The notes: generated by a model from the letters alone, not told the origin. A stretch of DNA of 64,000 nt from an uncultured Candidatus Babeliaceae bacterium (GCA_963704655.1 OY969927.1:1088001-1152000); one strand, 5' to 3'. Positions 29,632 through 38,572 are shown, numbered from the stretch's first letter. Made by a program: numbers and translations.

Positions 29632-30147
29632 ATGAGTTATTCTTCAGTGCATCAACACAATAATTTTTGGAGCAGCGAATTAATGCGTGAAAAGTATCAC
29701 GTATTAAAAGTTTCTTACGATATTTTTATTGAAGTAGTTCAAAAAATTGATGATCTTGGGGATCAGGAAATGCCGCTATCCTTAAAACGCGAGCTTTGTA
29801 AAAAATGGGAAAACTTATATAGTTCGATAAATAATATTTTAGATTTTTATATGCAGTATAAACTGCGTAAAGGATTGTCCTGCTTTTCAAATGGAAGGTA
29901 TGTACCTCAAATATTAAAGGCGTATGAGGTTAAGATAATACGTAAAAACGATTATCGATTATTAAAATGTAGCATAGACGAATTGCACAACTCATTTTTT
30001 AGAGATACACGATATATGTTTTTTAATTACAATGAAAAATATGTAAACTATCTGTTAGAAAATAAAGGTGATCTTGCCATATTTGGCCAAAAAATGCTCA
30101 ATAAATTTAGTCAATTTAAAGAATATAGTAGGTTTAAAAATATATAA
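29632..30147 (+). CDS. Hypothetical protein, possibly degenerate HI0074/HEPN-like
   Basis: GGGGG RBS; LCKKWENLYSSINNILDFY..QILKAYEVKII helical pattern. Confidence 0.5.
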   Translation: MSYSSVHQHNNFWSSELMREKYHVLKVSYDIFIEVVQKIDDLGDQEMPLSLKRELCKKWENLYSSINNILDFYMQYKLRKGLSCFSNGRYVPQILKAYEVKIIRKNDYRLLKCSIDELHNSFFRDTRYMFFNYNEKYVNYLLENKGDLAIFGQKMLNKFSQFKEYSRFKNI

Positions 30148-30749
30148 TGATTATGAAAAATAGTTACTTTATTTTACTCATGTTTTTTTTGTATACAAAA
30201 ATTTTTGGTATGCAGAGTGTCTCGAAATTAGAGCCTAGTGACGTAATTAAGCTTAATAAACGTTATAATCGAATATATAGAGACACTCATCAGCCTGAGC
30301 AGGTAAAGCTTACAAGTTTAATGACTCTTATTGAAGAATCTCCATTATACATAGATGAACTTTTGCATAAATTAAATAATGTTCAAAAACAAAAAGATCT
30401 ACAAAAAAAACTTTTTGTGATGGTAATGCTGAATACAAGGTTAACGCAACAAGACAAACTGCAAGTTTTAGAAAGATTTACCAAACAAAGAGACTTTACC
30501 GTAAATTTTTCATGCAAAAAGTCACAAAATTTTGAATTTTTAATAACACCAGTTCATCTTGCAGTGGAAGAATTAGATGGCCCATTAATAACATTTTTAC
30601 GTGATCATAATGCTGATTTAACTGTGCAAATAGACGGCAATACCCCATTAGCGGCATATGAACAATATGTTGTTTATTTAAATAGACTTGGTCATAAAAA
30701 ACCTGAAAATTATGAAGATATGATTAACCTTTTAACGCCAGGGAAATAA
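30147..30749 (+). CDS. Exported ankyrin-repeat protein, paralog of 29021..29596
   Basis: TPVHLAVEELD..GNTPL; shared tail KP.NY.DMI.LLTPG. Confidence 0.85.
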   Translation: MIMKNSYFILLMFFLYTKIFGMQSVSKLEPSDVIKLNKRYNRIYRDTHQPEQVKLTSLMTLIEESPLYIDELLHKLNNVQKQKDLQKKLFVMVMLNTRLTQQDKLQVLERFTKQRDFTVNFSCKKSQNFEFLITPVHLAVEELDGPLITFLRDHNADLTVQIDGNTPLAAYEQYVVYLNRLGHKKPENYEDMINLLTPGK

Positions 30750-30789
30750 TAACATTTGGCATCATGATAGTAGCAGGGGGATTCATGTC

Positions 30790-30822
30790 GCATACAACGG
30801 TTACGATTATCATGGGTGGCAG
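30790..30822 (+). repeat. Duplicated fragment of the truA 5' end
   Basis: ACGGTTACGATTATCATGGGTGGCAG (30797-30822) is identical to 31575-31600. Confidence 0.9.
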
Positions 30823-30855
30823 AAAAGTATTTGAATAAAAACTTAGGGACAAAGC

Positions 30856-31557
30856 ATGAAAAAAAATTATTTTATTTTGTTAATATTTTTATACTTGAGC
30901 GACATTTTAGGTATGCAAAGAGAGAAAAATTTATTTAATATGTTGCGGAAATTTCAAGAGGGTGATTATTCCTATCACTCTGAAATTAAAGGTATTGGGA
31001 GAAATGCTCGGTCACTTTCAACTTTGAATTTCTGGCTTACTGAGGAAGATGAGCACGTTGAAGGCTTAACTGAAGAATATCGATGTAGACTTGATGGAAG
31101 ATGTGGTCAATTAGCTGATTCTATTGTTTCAAATCCAGCTTGTTTGGGAAGTTTTTTCAATAAATTGCATTCTTTTAAAAATGAAAAAATTATTTGGGGA
31201 ATGATATTTATAAAATTATCACAGGACTATCGTTACCAACGTAATAAAGAAATATTAGACATGATGGTTAAGAAATACCAGTTCGATGTAAATTTTATTG
31301 ATCAGTCTTGGTCTCTTGTCAATTATAGAAACACGCCTTTACATAAATCTGTATCTAATTACGATACTACTTTTACCAAAATGTTATTGGATTGGGGTGC
31401 GGATGTTACCATGGTAGATACAAAAGGCCGTACACCAAGGGAGGCTTTTATAAGCAGCTGTTCATTTAGGCGCGAGCATGCAAAAGGAGTTTTAGATCTA
31501 TTAGATATCGCTGATCAAGAAAAAATAATTGAGGATATTAGATTTGTATTACTATAA
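30856..31557 (+). CDS. Exported ankyrin-repeat protein
   Basis: NTPLHKSV..TKMLLDWGADVTMVDTKGRTP. Confidence 0.85.
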   Translation: MKKNYFILLIFLYLSDILGMQREKNLFNMLRKFQEGDYSYHSEIKGIGRNARSLSTLNFWLTEEDEHVEGLTEEYRCRLDGRCGQLADSIVSNPACLGSFFNKLHSFKNEKIIWGMIFIKLSQDYRYQRNKEILDMMVKKYQFDVNFIDQSWSLVNYRNTPLHKSVSNYDTTFTKMLLDWGADVTMVDTKGRTPREAFISSCSFRREHAKGVLDLLDIADQEKIIEDIRFVLL

Positions 31558-32323
31558 AATTCTTATTGCATATGACGGTTACGATTATCATGGGTGGCAG
31601 TGGCAGCCGACACAAAAGGCTGTTGCCAACAAGCTCGAGCATGCTTTTAAAAAGGCTTTTCATCAAGAAGTAATTTCTCTTGTGGGTGCTTCGCGCACAG
31701 ACACGGGTGTGCATGCGTGGGGACAAGTCGCTCGCCTTAAATCAGCTTTTTATCTTGAGCCAGATGTCCTTAAGCGTGCATGGCAGGGTACATTGCCCCA
31801 TACGATTTTATTGCGCAGTGTGCAGGAGATGCCGGGTGATTTTGATCTGCATGAAGGCGTTGAACATAAAACCTATGATTATTATATTAGCAGGGTACGC
31901 GTATTGCCATTTTTTGCACGCTATTGCATAGCATATTATGATCATTTTGATATCGATATATTACAAAAAAATTTACAGGTATTTTTAGGTACGCATGATT
32001 TCAGGTCTTTCTGTACCGGTGACGATAAAGAAAACACCGTAAGAACGGTTGAATCGATATCTGTAACTTATCTGCGTCGATTTAATGTCTATCGCATTCG
32101 AGTAAAAGGGCCCGGTTTTTTGCGCTACATGATCCGCAGAATTGTCGGCGCCGCTTTACAGACTATGTCTTGGCAGATTGAAAAAAAACTTGATAATGCG
32201 CAAGAATATCTGAATACTATTTTAGAAGAAAAAAATCCAAAGCAACATCTCAAGACTGCGCCAGCGCAGGGGTTGATGTTGCGTTCAATAACGTATGGAA
32301 AAAATAATGATAAACTCTCGTAA
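31544..32323 (+). CDS. truA: tRNA pseudouridine(38-40) synthase
   Basis: IAYDG.DYHGWQ, GASRTDTGVHA, GTHDFRSF, GFLRYMIR, TAPAQGL; TTG start after GAGGA. Confidence 0.95.
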   Translation: MYYYKILIAYDGYDYHGWQWQPTQKAVANKLEHAFKKAFHQEVISLVGASRTDTGVHAWGQVARLKSAFYLEPDVLKRAWQGTLPHTILLRSVQEMPGDFDLHEGVEHKTYDYYISRVRVLPFFARYCIAYYDHFDIDILQKNLQVFLGTHDFRSFCTGDDKENTVRTVESISVTYLRRFNVYRIRVKGPGFLRYMIRRIVGAALQTMSWQIEKKLDNAQEYLNTILEEKNPKQHLKTAPAQGLMLRSITYGKNNDKLS

Positions 32324-32840
32324 ATGTTGGGTAGTTGTACTGAGCGTTTTATTTCTTGCAGGGTGTACAACTTCTGATAGAACAAAAGAAGGTATATATT
32401 CCTATAATGCACAACTTGACCGCCCATTTTTATTACAACATTTTGTTGATGACCGGTATTTTTTGGTTGCGGATGAATCGTATATGTACGACCCGGTTGA
32501 TACGCTTGATACGGGGATTCACGGTATTGTTAAAAAACCGGTTACTTTTTTAATGTATTATAAAGATCAGAAACCGGTTGGTTTTATTTCATATTATTTT
32601 GAATCGCCCCTTTTTGGTAAAATACAGTTTGTGGATGTTGACCAGAATTATCAACGGCAGGGTATTGCAAAAAAGATGATTTTAGAGGTCTTAAAGCGTT
32701 TTGAAAAGCAGGGCGCCCGTTCTGTTGAAATCGTAACGCGTCTTACTAATACGCCCGCGCTTACGTTATATGAAAAGCTCGGCTTTAAGCGTTTGTATGA
32801 TAACGGCAAATATATTTATTTAGAATATTATTTTAACTAA
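32307..32840 (+). CDS. GNAT acetyltransferase with lipoprotein signal
   Basis: LFLAG-C lipobox; VDQNYQRQGIA, NTPALTLYEKLGF. Confidence 0.88.
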   Translation: MINSRKCWVVVLSVLFLAGCTTSDRTKEGIYSYNAQLDRPFLLQHFVDDRYFLVADESYMYDPVDTLDTGIHGIVKKPVTFLMYYKDQKPVGFISYYFESPLFGKIQFVDVDQNYQRQGIAKKMILEVLKRFEKQGARSVEIVTRLTNTPALTLYEKLGFKRLYDNGKYIYLEYYFN

Positions 32841-32855
32841 TTATTTTCATCGCTT

Positions 32856-32911
32856 CCGCTCATCCCGAGTGTTCTACGAAGCATAAAGTGCGAAGTAGAA
32901 TGTATCGAGGG
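32856..32911. repeat. Palindromic repeat, copy C
   Basis: CCGCTCATCCCGAGTG-hairpin-TGTATCGAGGG; same shell as 63413-63455. Confidence 0.75.
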
Positions 32912-32958
32912 ACGGGAAAGAGTTTCAGGATCCATCTCATAAATAATTCATAATTATC

Positions 32959-33056
32959 ATCCATGGACCAGCCCCCGCTCACACTGAACGAAGGCTGGGT
33001 CGAGTCGCCTGTCGGCCATAGCTTGCCAAGCCGGTAGGTATGGATAAGCGACGGCT
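32959..33056. repeat. Composite multi-stem GC-rich element (repeat-family derivative or structured RNA)
   Basis: Stems ATCCAT/ATGGAT, GACCAGCC/GGCTGGGTC, CCTGTCGGC/GCCGGTAGG; contains CCGCTCACACTGA. Confidence 0.55.
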
Positions 33057-33164
33057 GAAATGTGTTGGGAATTGAAGGTGATAAACAATTGACGCTATTA
33101 TCTGTTTTTTTAATACTGTATATAGTTTTTTTCTTAATGCTATTTATTACATAAAGGGTACCAT

Positions 33165-34133
33165 ATGAATTATAAGTTTTTATATGTAGCGCTTTTTGCA
33201 GCTGCATCAAGTTTGCATGCAAGCGATGTCAGCGACTCTAAAATGACAAAAGAAAAATTTCAAGAGATATGTCGTCAGGCTGATAAGATAGATGGTCCAC
33301 CCGTTATATATTTCAAATGGCAATGTGCGCAAGATCTTGGGCTTGAGCGATGCAATAAAAAAGACCCTTATTATGGTTTTCGTTCGCCTGAAGGACAGCT
33401 ACTCATAAACCCGCATGAATTTCCAAAAAAAATCCTTTTAGAGAGTTTGTTAAAAGTTGATGGCAAAAAAAAGTTGGAAGCAATGATTAATGCTGCTAGA
33501 CGTAAAATTGCTTGTAAGCTTTGCACAGATGAAAATGCGCTACAACTAATAGATCGAGTCGATTACACAGCCAATAATCCTGATGCTGGATTCAGGACTT
33601 TACAAGAATCAGGTTTAGATTTGTCTTACTTGATAAATAAGGTTCCCTTTGATGAAGTTATTGATGGGACCTACTTTCTTATAGACCCTCAAATAGCTGC
33701 AAGTGCGGGGAGTTACTGTTCAATTTGGTCAGATGAAGTTGAAATAAGGGGTTTGAAACTTTATATGGTCGGAGACAAGTGTTTAGGTTATGTTTTAGAT
33801 CCTGACCGTCTTGCGCTTCACGTGACCTCATGTGAAAGTAATTCATCTGTTGTTAATAGTAAGATAAGAAATTTAATAGAGAATCATCGAAAGCTCGCCT
33901 ATCCATATATAGCTCGTAAAGTTTATGGAAGAATAAAAAAAGAGAAGAATATGAGCAATCATGCGGACGCGGCCGTAAATAGAGTAATAGATCGAATGGG
34001 ATCTATAACACCTCAAGAAATTAATGAGTTATTAGTTGAGACCGATTTATATTATTCTGAAAGAAAAATACTTTTTGAAGGTACTTATAATACAACCTGT
34101 GTTATTGTAAATAAAAAAGATATTGAGGGCTAA
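33165..34133 (+). CDS. Hypothetical exported protein
   Basis: Signal peptide ending SLHA; 322 aa; no family recognised. Confidence 0.75.
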   Translation: MNYKFLYVALFAAASSLHASDVSDSKMTKEKFQEICRQADKIDGPPVIYFKWQCAQDLGLERCNKKDPYYGFRSPEGQLLINPHEFPKKILLESLLKVDGKKKLEAMINAARRKIACKLCTDENALQLIDRVDYTANNPDAGFRTLQESGLDLSYLINKVPFDEVIDGTYFLIDPQIAASAGSYCSIWSDEVEIRGLKLYMVGDKCLGYVLDPDRLALHVTSCESNSSVVNSKIRNLIENHRKLAYPYIARKVYGRIKKEKNMSNHADAAVNRVIDRMGSITPQEINELLVETDLYYSERKILFEGTYNTTCVIVNKKDIEG

Positions 34134-34183
34134 TATAATAAATAGTTTAATTTATAAACTTGATACACTATTAATTAATAATT

Positions 34184-34226
34184 GGGCGGTGTTTTGAATA
34201 TATTTTCAAAATGCCGCTCTTTATTT
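34184..34226 (+). terminator. Terminator hairpin
   Basis: GGGCGGTGTTTTGAA-loop-TTCAAAATGCCGCTC followed by a T-rich tail. Confidence 0.7.
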
Positions 34227-34240
34227 TACGACAATTGCAT

Positions 34241-34313
34241 ACATTATATGAAAAAGCTTGGGTTAAGAGTTTGTATGATAACGGCAAATATATATATTAT
34301 AGAATATCACTTT
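34241..34313 (+). repeat. Degenerate copy of the GNAT gene 3' end (32763-32834)
   Basis: Exact 25 bp core GTTTGTATGATAACGGCAAATATAT at 32791-32815 and 34269-34293, with similar flanks. Confidence 0.9.
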
Positions 34314-34335
34314 GTTGATTAAAGATAGTAATTTA

Positions 34336-35799
34336 TTAACTAAACGAATTTTGAATAATAATCTCTTTTACATCAGCAAGTGTGGTAATGCCATTTAATA
34401 AAGTTGGTGGGCAGTGGGGTTCGCTAACCACTAAAAAATAGACAGGGTTAGTGGTATGTGCCGGGTTGTTATGTGATTTGTCTTCTGCGTTGCCATGGTC
34501 GCCTGTGATATACAGAGTGCCTTCATGCTCTTCGACAAATGCGTCATAAAGCTTTTCAAGCTGCTGATCGAGATAGGCTACTGCTTTTTTAGTTGCTTGC
34601 AAATCACCCGTGTGGCCAACCATATCAGCATTGGCGTAATTGATAAGGTAAAAGTCCGCAAGATCATTTTTTAAAGCCTTAAGAACCGTTTGGGTAATTT
34701 CATGTGCCTTCATGCGCGGTTCATGAATAAAAGTCTCAGGACTGTCTGACGGAATAATCACCCGTGTTTCAGTGTTATATTTTTTTTCTCTGCCACCATT
34801 AAAAAAATAGGTAATGTGGGCATATTTTTCTGATTCTGCTATAGAAAATATTCGGATATTATCTTTATTTAAATAGTCGTTAAGTGTATTATTTGCATAT
34901 GGCGTTGAGCATATTGTTTGGTCGTGCGGGTCATTATCATAATTAATACCGCTTACGATAAAAGAAAGTTTGCTATTCTTTTTTAATAATTGATACAGTT
35001 CTCTGCCCCTGTCTGCCCTAATATTTACAAAAACGAGCCCATCACCATCTTTAATAGTTGGGTCGTGGGTAAGTTGTGTTGGTGGAATAATTTCGTCATA
35101 TAAGTTTTGTGCATAATAATAGGTGAGTGCTTCTTGCCAGGACTGTGATTTATGGGGTGTTTCTTGATTGAGGGCATTATACGCTTGCATTAGGCGGGCC
35201 GTATTTTCGTTGCGGTCCATGGCATATAATCGTCCTTGAATCGTGCCAATTTCTGCAGTGGTGGTTTTTGGTAATGCTTGTATAGTTTGTTCGATGCGCT
35301 GTAAAAATTCTGCGGCACTTTTTTGTGGCACATCGCGTCCATCAAGTATCGCGTGAATGATAATTTTTTTTATACCATACTGGCCAGCAAGAGTAATAAG
35401 TGCTTGCGTGTGTTCAACTCGGCTGTGCGAGCCGCCATCTGAGATTAGTCCAATAATATGCAGCGTCTTACCCGTTTGTGTCAATCCGGTGAAATTGTTT
35501 TTTATGACAGGCAAATTACCTAGAATATTTTCTTTAATTAAGCGACTAAATTCTGTTAGTGGTTGTTCGATGATCTTACCTGCGCCTAAGGTAAAGTGGC
35601 CAACGGCAGAGTTACCTGCAACGCCATCGGGAAGGCCAACTGAAGTTCCTGCTGCAGTAAGTGTTGTCCAGGGATATTTTTGTAACAGTGAGAAAAAAAA
35701 GGGCATTGTTTCTGGCGTTATGGCACTGGTAGTAAAGTTTTTTGAGTAACCAAAACCGTCAAGAATAATTAATGCTACGGGCTTTTTGAGTTGTGCCAT
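34336..35799 (-). CDS. gpmI: 2,3-BPG-independent phosphoglycerate mutase
   Basis: LIILDGFG, GNSAVGH, SDGGSHS, LDGRD, AESEKYAHITYFFNGG, NADMVGHTG, GDHGNAE. Confidence 0.96.
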   Translation of the reverse strand: MAQLKKPVALIILDGFGYSKNFTTSAITPETMPFFFSLLQKYPWTTLTAAGTSVGLPDGVAGNSAVGHFTLGAGKIIEQPLTEFSRLIKENILGNLPVIKNNFTGLTQTGKTLHIIGLISDGGSHSRVEHTQALITLAGQYGIKKIIIHAILDGRDVPQKSAAEFLQRIEQTIQALPKTTTAEIGTIQGRLYAMDRNENTARLMQAYNALNQETPHKSQSWQEALTYYYAQNLYDEIIPPTQLTHDPTIKDGDGLVFVNIRADRGRELYQLLKKNSKLSFIVSGINYDNDPHDQTICSTPYANNTLNDYLNKDNIRIFSIAESEKYAHITYFFNGGREKKYNTETRVIIPSDSPETFIHEPRMKAHEITQTVLKALKNDLADFYLINYANADMVGHTGDLQATKKAVAYLDQQLEKLYDAFVEEHEGTLYITGDHGNAEDKSHNNPAHTTNPVYFLVVSEPHCPPTLLNGITTLADVKEIIIQNSFS

Positions 35800-35876
35800 G
35801 GAAATAAGCCTTTACCTGTGATATGCTTTCAGCATTAAGTGCTGGGTATTATTCAGTTATAGTTTAGAAAGATATC

Positions 35877-36266
35877 ATGATGAAAAAAAAGACTTTAGTA
35901 ACTATCTGTTGTTTAGCAAGCTCGTGTTATGCACAACCACGTCAATCTGCCACCATCGTTTATTCTTTTCCTGAACAAAATAATGCAGAGCAGAAGCCGG
36001 TAAGAACAGCTGAAGAAAAAAAATCATGTTCTATGGTGCAAGAGGCACTTTCTGAAGACGATTTCTTTTTTGACTTTGAAGATGAAGAGTGCACTTCAAA
36101 TCAAGCAGGTTGTGATGAATCAATAGGGGTAGTTTCACGCTTGCAAGATCTTATAAAGACTTTTGGCGTGCAGGCTGTTCTGGGTGCTATGTATATTTCT
36201 GAAAAGGTTTCAGGGTCATATGCATGGTTAGTGGGCTGTCTGAATTCACTTAATAAAAAAGCATAA
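35877..36266 (+). CDS. Hypothetical exported or membrane protein
   Basis: Signal peptide, acidic patch, C-terminal hydrophobic segment. Confidence 0.6.
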   Translation: MMKKKTLVTICCLASSCYAQPRQSATIVYSFPEQNNAEQKPVRTAEEKKSCSMVQEALSEDDFFFDFEDEECTSNQAGCDESIGVVSRLQDLIKTFGVQAVLGAMYISEKVSGSYAWLVGCLNSLNKKA

Positions 36267-36269
36267 GTT

Positions 36270-37013
36270 ATGAAATCTGGCAGTGCGCATGAATTTGCTC
36301 TTTTTGTAGGCAACAGCAAAATTGTTGCTGATCGCCATGCTAAAAAAATAGTAATTCATGATAGTGATACTATTAATCGTATTGTGACGATTCTCCGGCT
36401 TAAAGTTGGTAGAACTATTATCTTATTTGATCATGAGTCTGCATATTCTTGTACACTTGCAGAAATAACTAAAAAAAATATAATATGCGCCATTACGAGC
36501 AGTCATGCAGCAACTCCCCAATCCCCTGATCTATGTTTGCTTTTGCCCGTTCTTGAACGAGAGGCTCTTGAAGATACGGTGTATATGGCAACTGTTTATG
36601 GCGCAACAACTATACAGTTGGTTGCAACAGAAAAAAGCCGACGTTCACTTACAGAAAAAGATTATCTACGTCTAGAAAAAATCGCGATCGCCGCTGCTGA
36701 ACAGTCTAAGCAGTTTAGTTTACCAAAAATTAACCAGATAATTACGCTAGAAAATTTTTTGAATGATACACCATCTACTTATAATAATAGTATAAAACTG
36801 TGGTGCGACATCTCTGGTGAAAATATTTTGCAAGAACTTGCACGACAAAAATCACCCAATAATTATCTGGTAACACTTGGGCCTGAGGGAGATTATACTC
36901 CAGAAGAAAAAGTGATATTGCAGAAGCATTTTACGCCTGTAAAACTAACTAACACTATCCTGCGCGCAAAAGATGCAGCAAGTTTATTGCTGGGCATTAT
37001 TCGATCTTGTTAA
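36270..37013 (+). CDS. rsmE: 16S rRNA m3U1498 methyltransferase
   Basis: ILRLKVG, AAAEQS, LGPEGDY, ILRAKDA. Confidence 0.9.
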   Translation: MKSGSAHEFALFVGNSKIVADRHAKKIVIHDSDTINRIVTILRLKVGRTIILFDHESAYSCTLAEITKKNIICAITSSHAATPQSPDLCLLLPVLEREALEDTVYMATVYGATTIQLVATEKSRRSLTEKDYLRLEKIAIAAAEQSKQFSLPKINQIITLENFLNDTPSTYNNSIKLWCDISGENILQELARQKSPNNYLVTLGPEGDYTPEEKVILQKHFTPVKLTNTILRAKDAASLLLGIIRSC

Positions 37014-37427
37014 GCTACATGTATAAGGTTCAAATTGACGCCTTTGTTGAGTTTGCACTCTTCTTTGTCTCATTTGTTGTTCTTGTACTTGTCGGCTTAT
37101 CTGAAATTGTCTTTCTCTCTCATCCTGTGTGATCTCTTGCATTAACAATTTTTTCGTTAAAGAAAGGTATTTAATGAATGATAACGCACTCACAGCTGTT
37201 AAAACATAGCCAAGCTCAAAATATTTTGAAAAGTAAGGAACACCAGATAGTGGGTCTGATACTACTTCCATATTAGCTACAGTAAGAACAACGCCGCTTG
37301 CAAGAAATACGCTCGATAACAATTGGTATTTTTTGATCTGTTTTTGTAATTCTTCTAAATTTGGTATTTCAGCTGCATAGCTGCTTATAGATACCAGTGA
37401 GACTAATAATAAGAAGCTTTTTTGCAT
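36984..37427 (-). CDS. Exported two-TM hairpin/coiled-coil protein
   Basis: Signal SSYA-AE, two hydrophobic helices, Q/R-rich tail. Confidence 0.7.
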   Translation of the reverse strand: MQKSFLLLVSLVSISSYAAEIPNLEELQKQIKKYQLLSSVFLASGVVLTVANMEVVSDPLSGVPYFSKYFELGYVLTAVSALSFIKYLSLTKKLLMQEITQDERERQFQISRQVQEQQMRQRRVQTQQRRQFEPYTCSLTRSNNAQQ

Positions 37428-37433
37428 AAATTG

Positions 37434-37947
37434 TTCCGTAATTTTTATATGTTTATTGTCCGCGGTGTATAGGGTTACAAAGTATTGGACATCGTGATTT
37501 TAGGTTGTTTTGCCAGTCTCTTTGTATACTTAGTCGTAATTGTATGTGTCGGTCTTGTCTTTGTTGCTCTAACTTCGAAAGTTCGTTCTGTAAGTAGACG
37601 CCTTTATAAACTGGCGCCAGCGCTAGAGCATACGATATTCCTGCAAAAGAATTGAGATTTTTTAAAGTGATAGACAGCGCATCAGTTTTTGTAGGGGACG
37701 CACTATTTATCACCAAATAACTCACATGCAAAAAAAATCCGCCTGCAATTAATAAAGTAGCTAAGGATTTATTGGCAAAAAGTTGGTCATCTAGTTCTCT
37801 TATTCTAGACTCAGCTGCATAGCTGCTTATATCTGTCAGTGACATTAATAATAAGCAGATTTTTTGTAGTTTTTGCATGGATTATTCCGTAATTTTTATA
37901 TGTTTATTGTCCGCGGTGTATAGGGTTACAAAGTATTGGACATCGTG
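37434..37947. repeat. Identical 63 bp direct repeats (37434-37496 and 37885-37947)
   Basis: TTCCGTAATTTTTATATGTTTATTGTCCGCGGTGTATAGGGTTACAAAGTATTGGACATCGTG occurs twice. Confidence 0.95.
37453..37878 (-). CDS. Exported two-TM hairpin/coiled-coil protein
   Basis: AAESRIRELD, two TM segments, YLQNELS, RCPILCNPIHRGQ. Confidence 0.75.
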   Translation of the reverse strand: MQKLQKICLLLMSLTDISSYAAESRIRELDDQLFANKSLATLLIAGGFFLHVSYLVINSASPTKTDALSITLKNLNSFAGISYALALAPVYKGVYLQNELSKLEQQRQDRHIQLRLSIQRDWQNNLKSRCPILCNPIHRGQ

Positions 37948-38302
37948 GTTTTAGTTTGATTGGTTGAATATTTTGTCGCATTCTGCTTCTTATTTGTTGT
38001 TCTTCTAACATTGAAAGTTCGTTCTGTAAGTAAGAGCCTCTACAAATTGGCGCAATCGCGAGGACATATGATAAAATTTCAGCTAATGCGAGCTTATTTA
38101 ATATATTGGGCGATTCATCCATAGGAGATGTACTATGGATCACCAAGCTACTTACATGCAAAAGAAATCCGCATGTAAATAATGAACAAGCTAGTAATTT
38201 ATGCGTATTAAGTTGCTTGTCCAGTTCTTTTATTCTAGATTCAGCTGCATGGGTGTTTATAGATATGAGTAAGATTGCTAATAAGCTTATTTTTTTAAGC
38301 AA
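37904..38302 (-). CDS. Exported two-TM hairpin/coiled-coil protein
   Basis: Paralog of 37453..37878 with identical C-terminus. Confidence 0.75.
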   Translation of the reverse strand: MLKKISLLAILLISINTHAAESRIKELDKQLNTHKLLACSLFTCGFLLHVSSLVIHSTSPMDESPNILNKLALAEILSYVLAIAPICRGSYLQNELSMLEEQQIRSRMRQNIQPIKLKPRCPILCNPIHRGQ

Positions 38303-38526
38303 TGTAATTTCCTATGAAATTCTTCAGTTCCATACAGATTGGTATTTGCTGATCCATGAAAGCCGGCTGCTGCAATTTTTTGCATAAATATTGCAAAATT
38401 AAAATTGGCAGGCTTGTAGTCGAATGTTAATACAGTAAAAAACCTTTCAGCGAATGTTTCGCCTTGAGCAGAAAGAGATGGTGAAAAACATAGAACAGAT
38501 ACAGCGATTAATTTTATCTTGTGCAT
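38287..38526 (-). CDS. Small exported hypothetical protein
   Basis: Signal peptide ending SLSA. Confidence 0.5.
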   Translation of the reverse strand: MHKIKLIAVSVLCFSPSLSAQGETFAERFFTVLTFDYKPANFNFAIFMQKIAAAGFHGSANTNLYGTEEFHRKLHCLKK

Positions 38527-38572
38527 AATTTTCTTTTAGATTTAGTTAAGCAAGCTGGTGCGTACTGACGCA

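Noticed and set aside
32959-33056. tRNA, SRP RNA or 6S RNA
   Set aside because: No T-loop/CCA pattern or SRP GGAA-loop consensus; shares sequence with the repeat family
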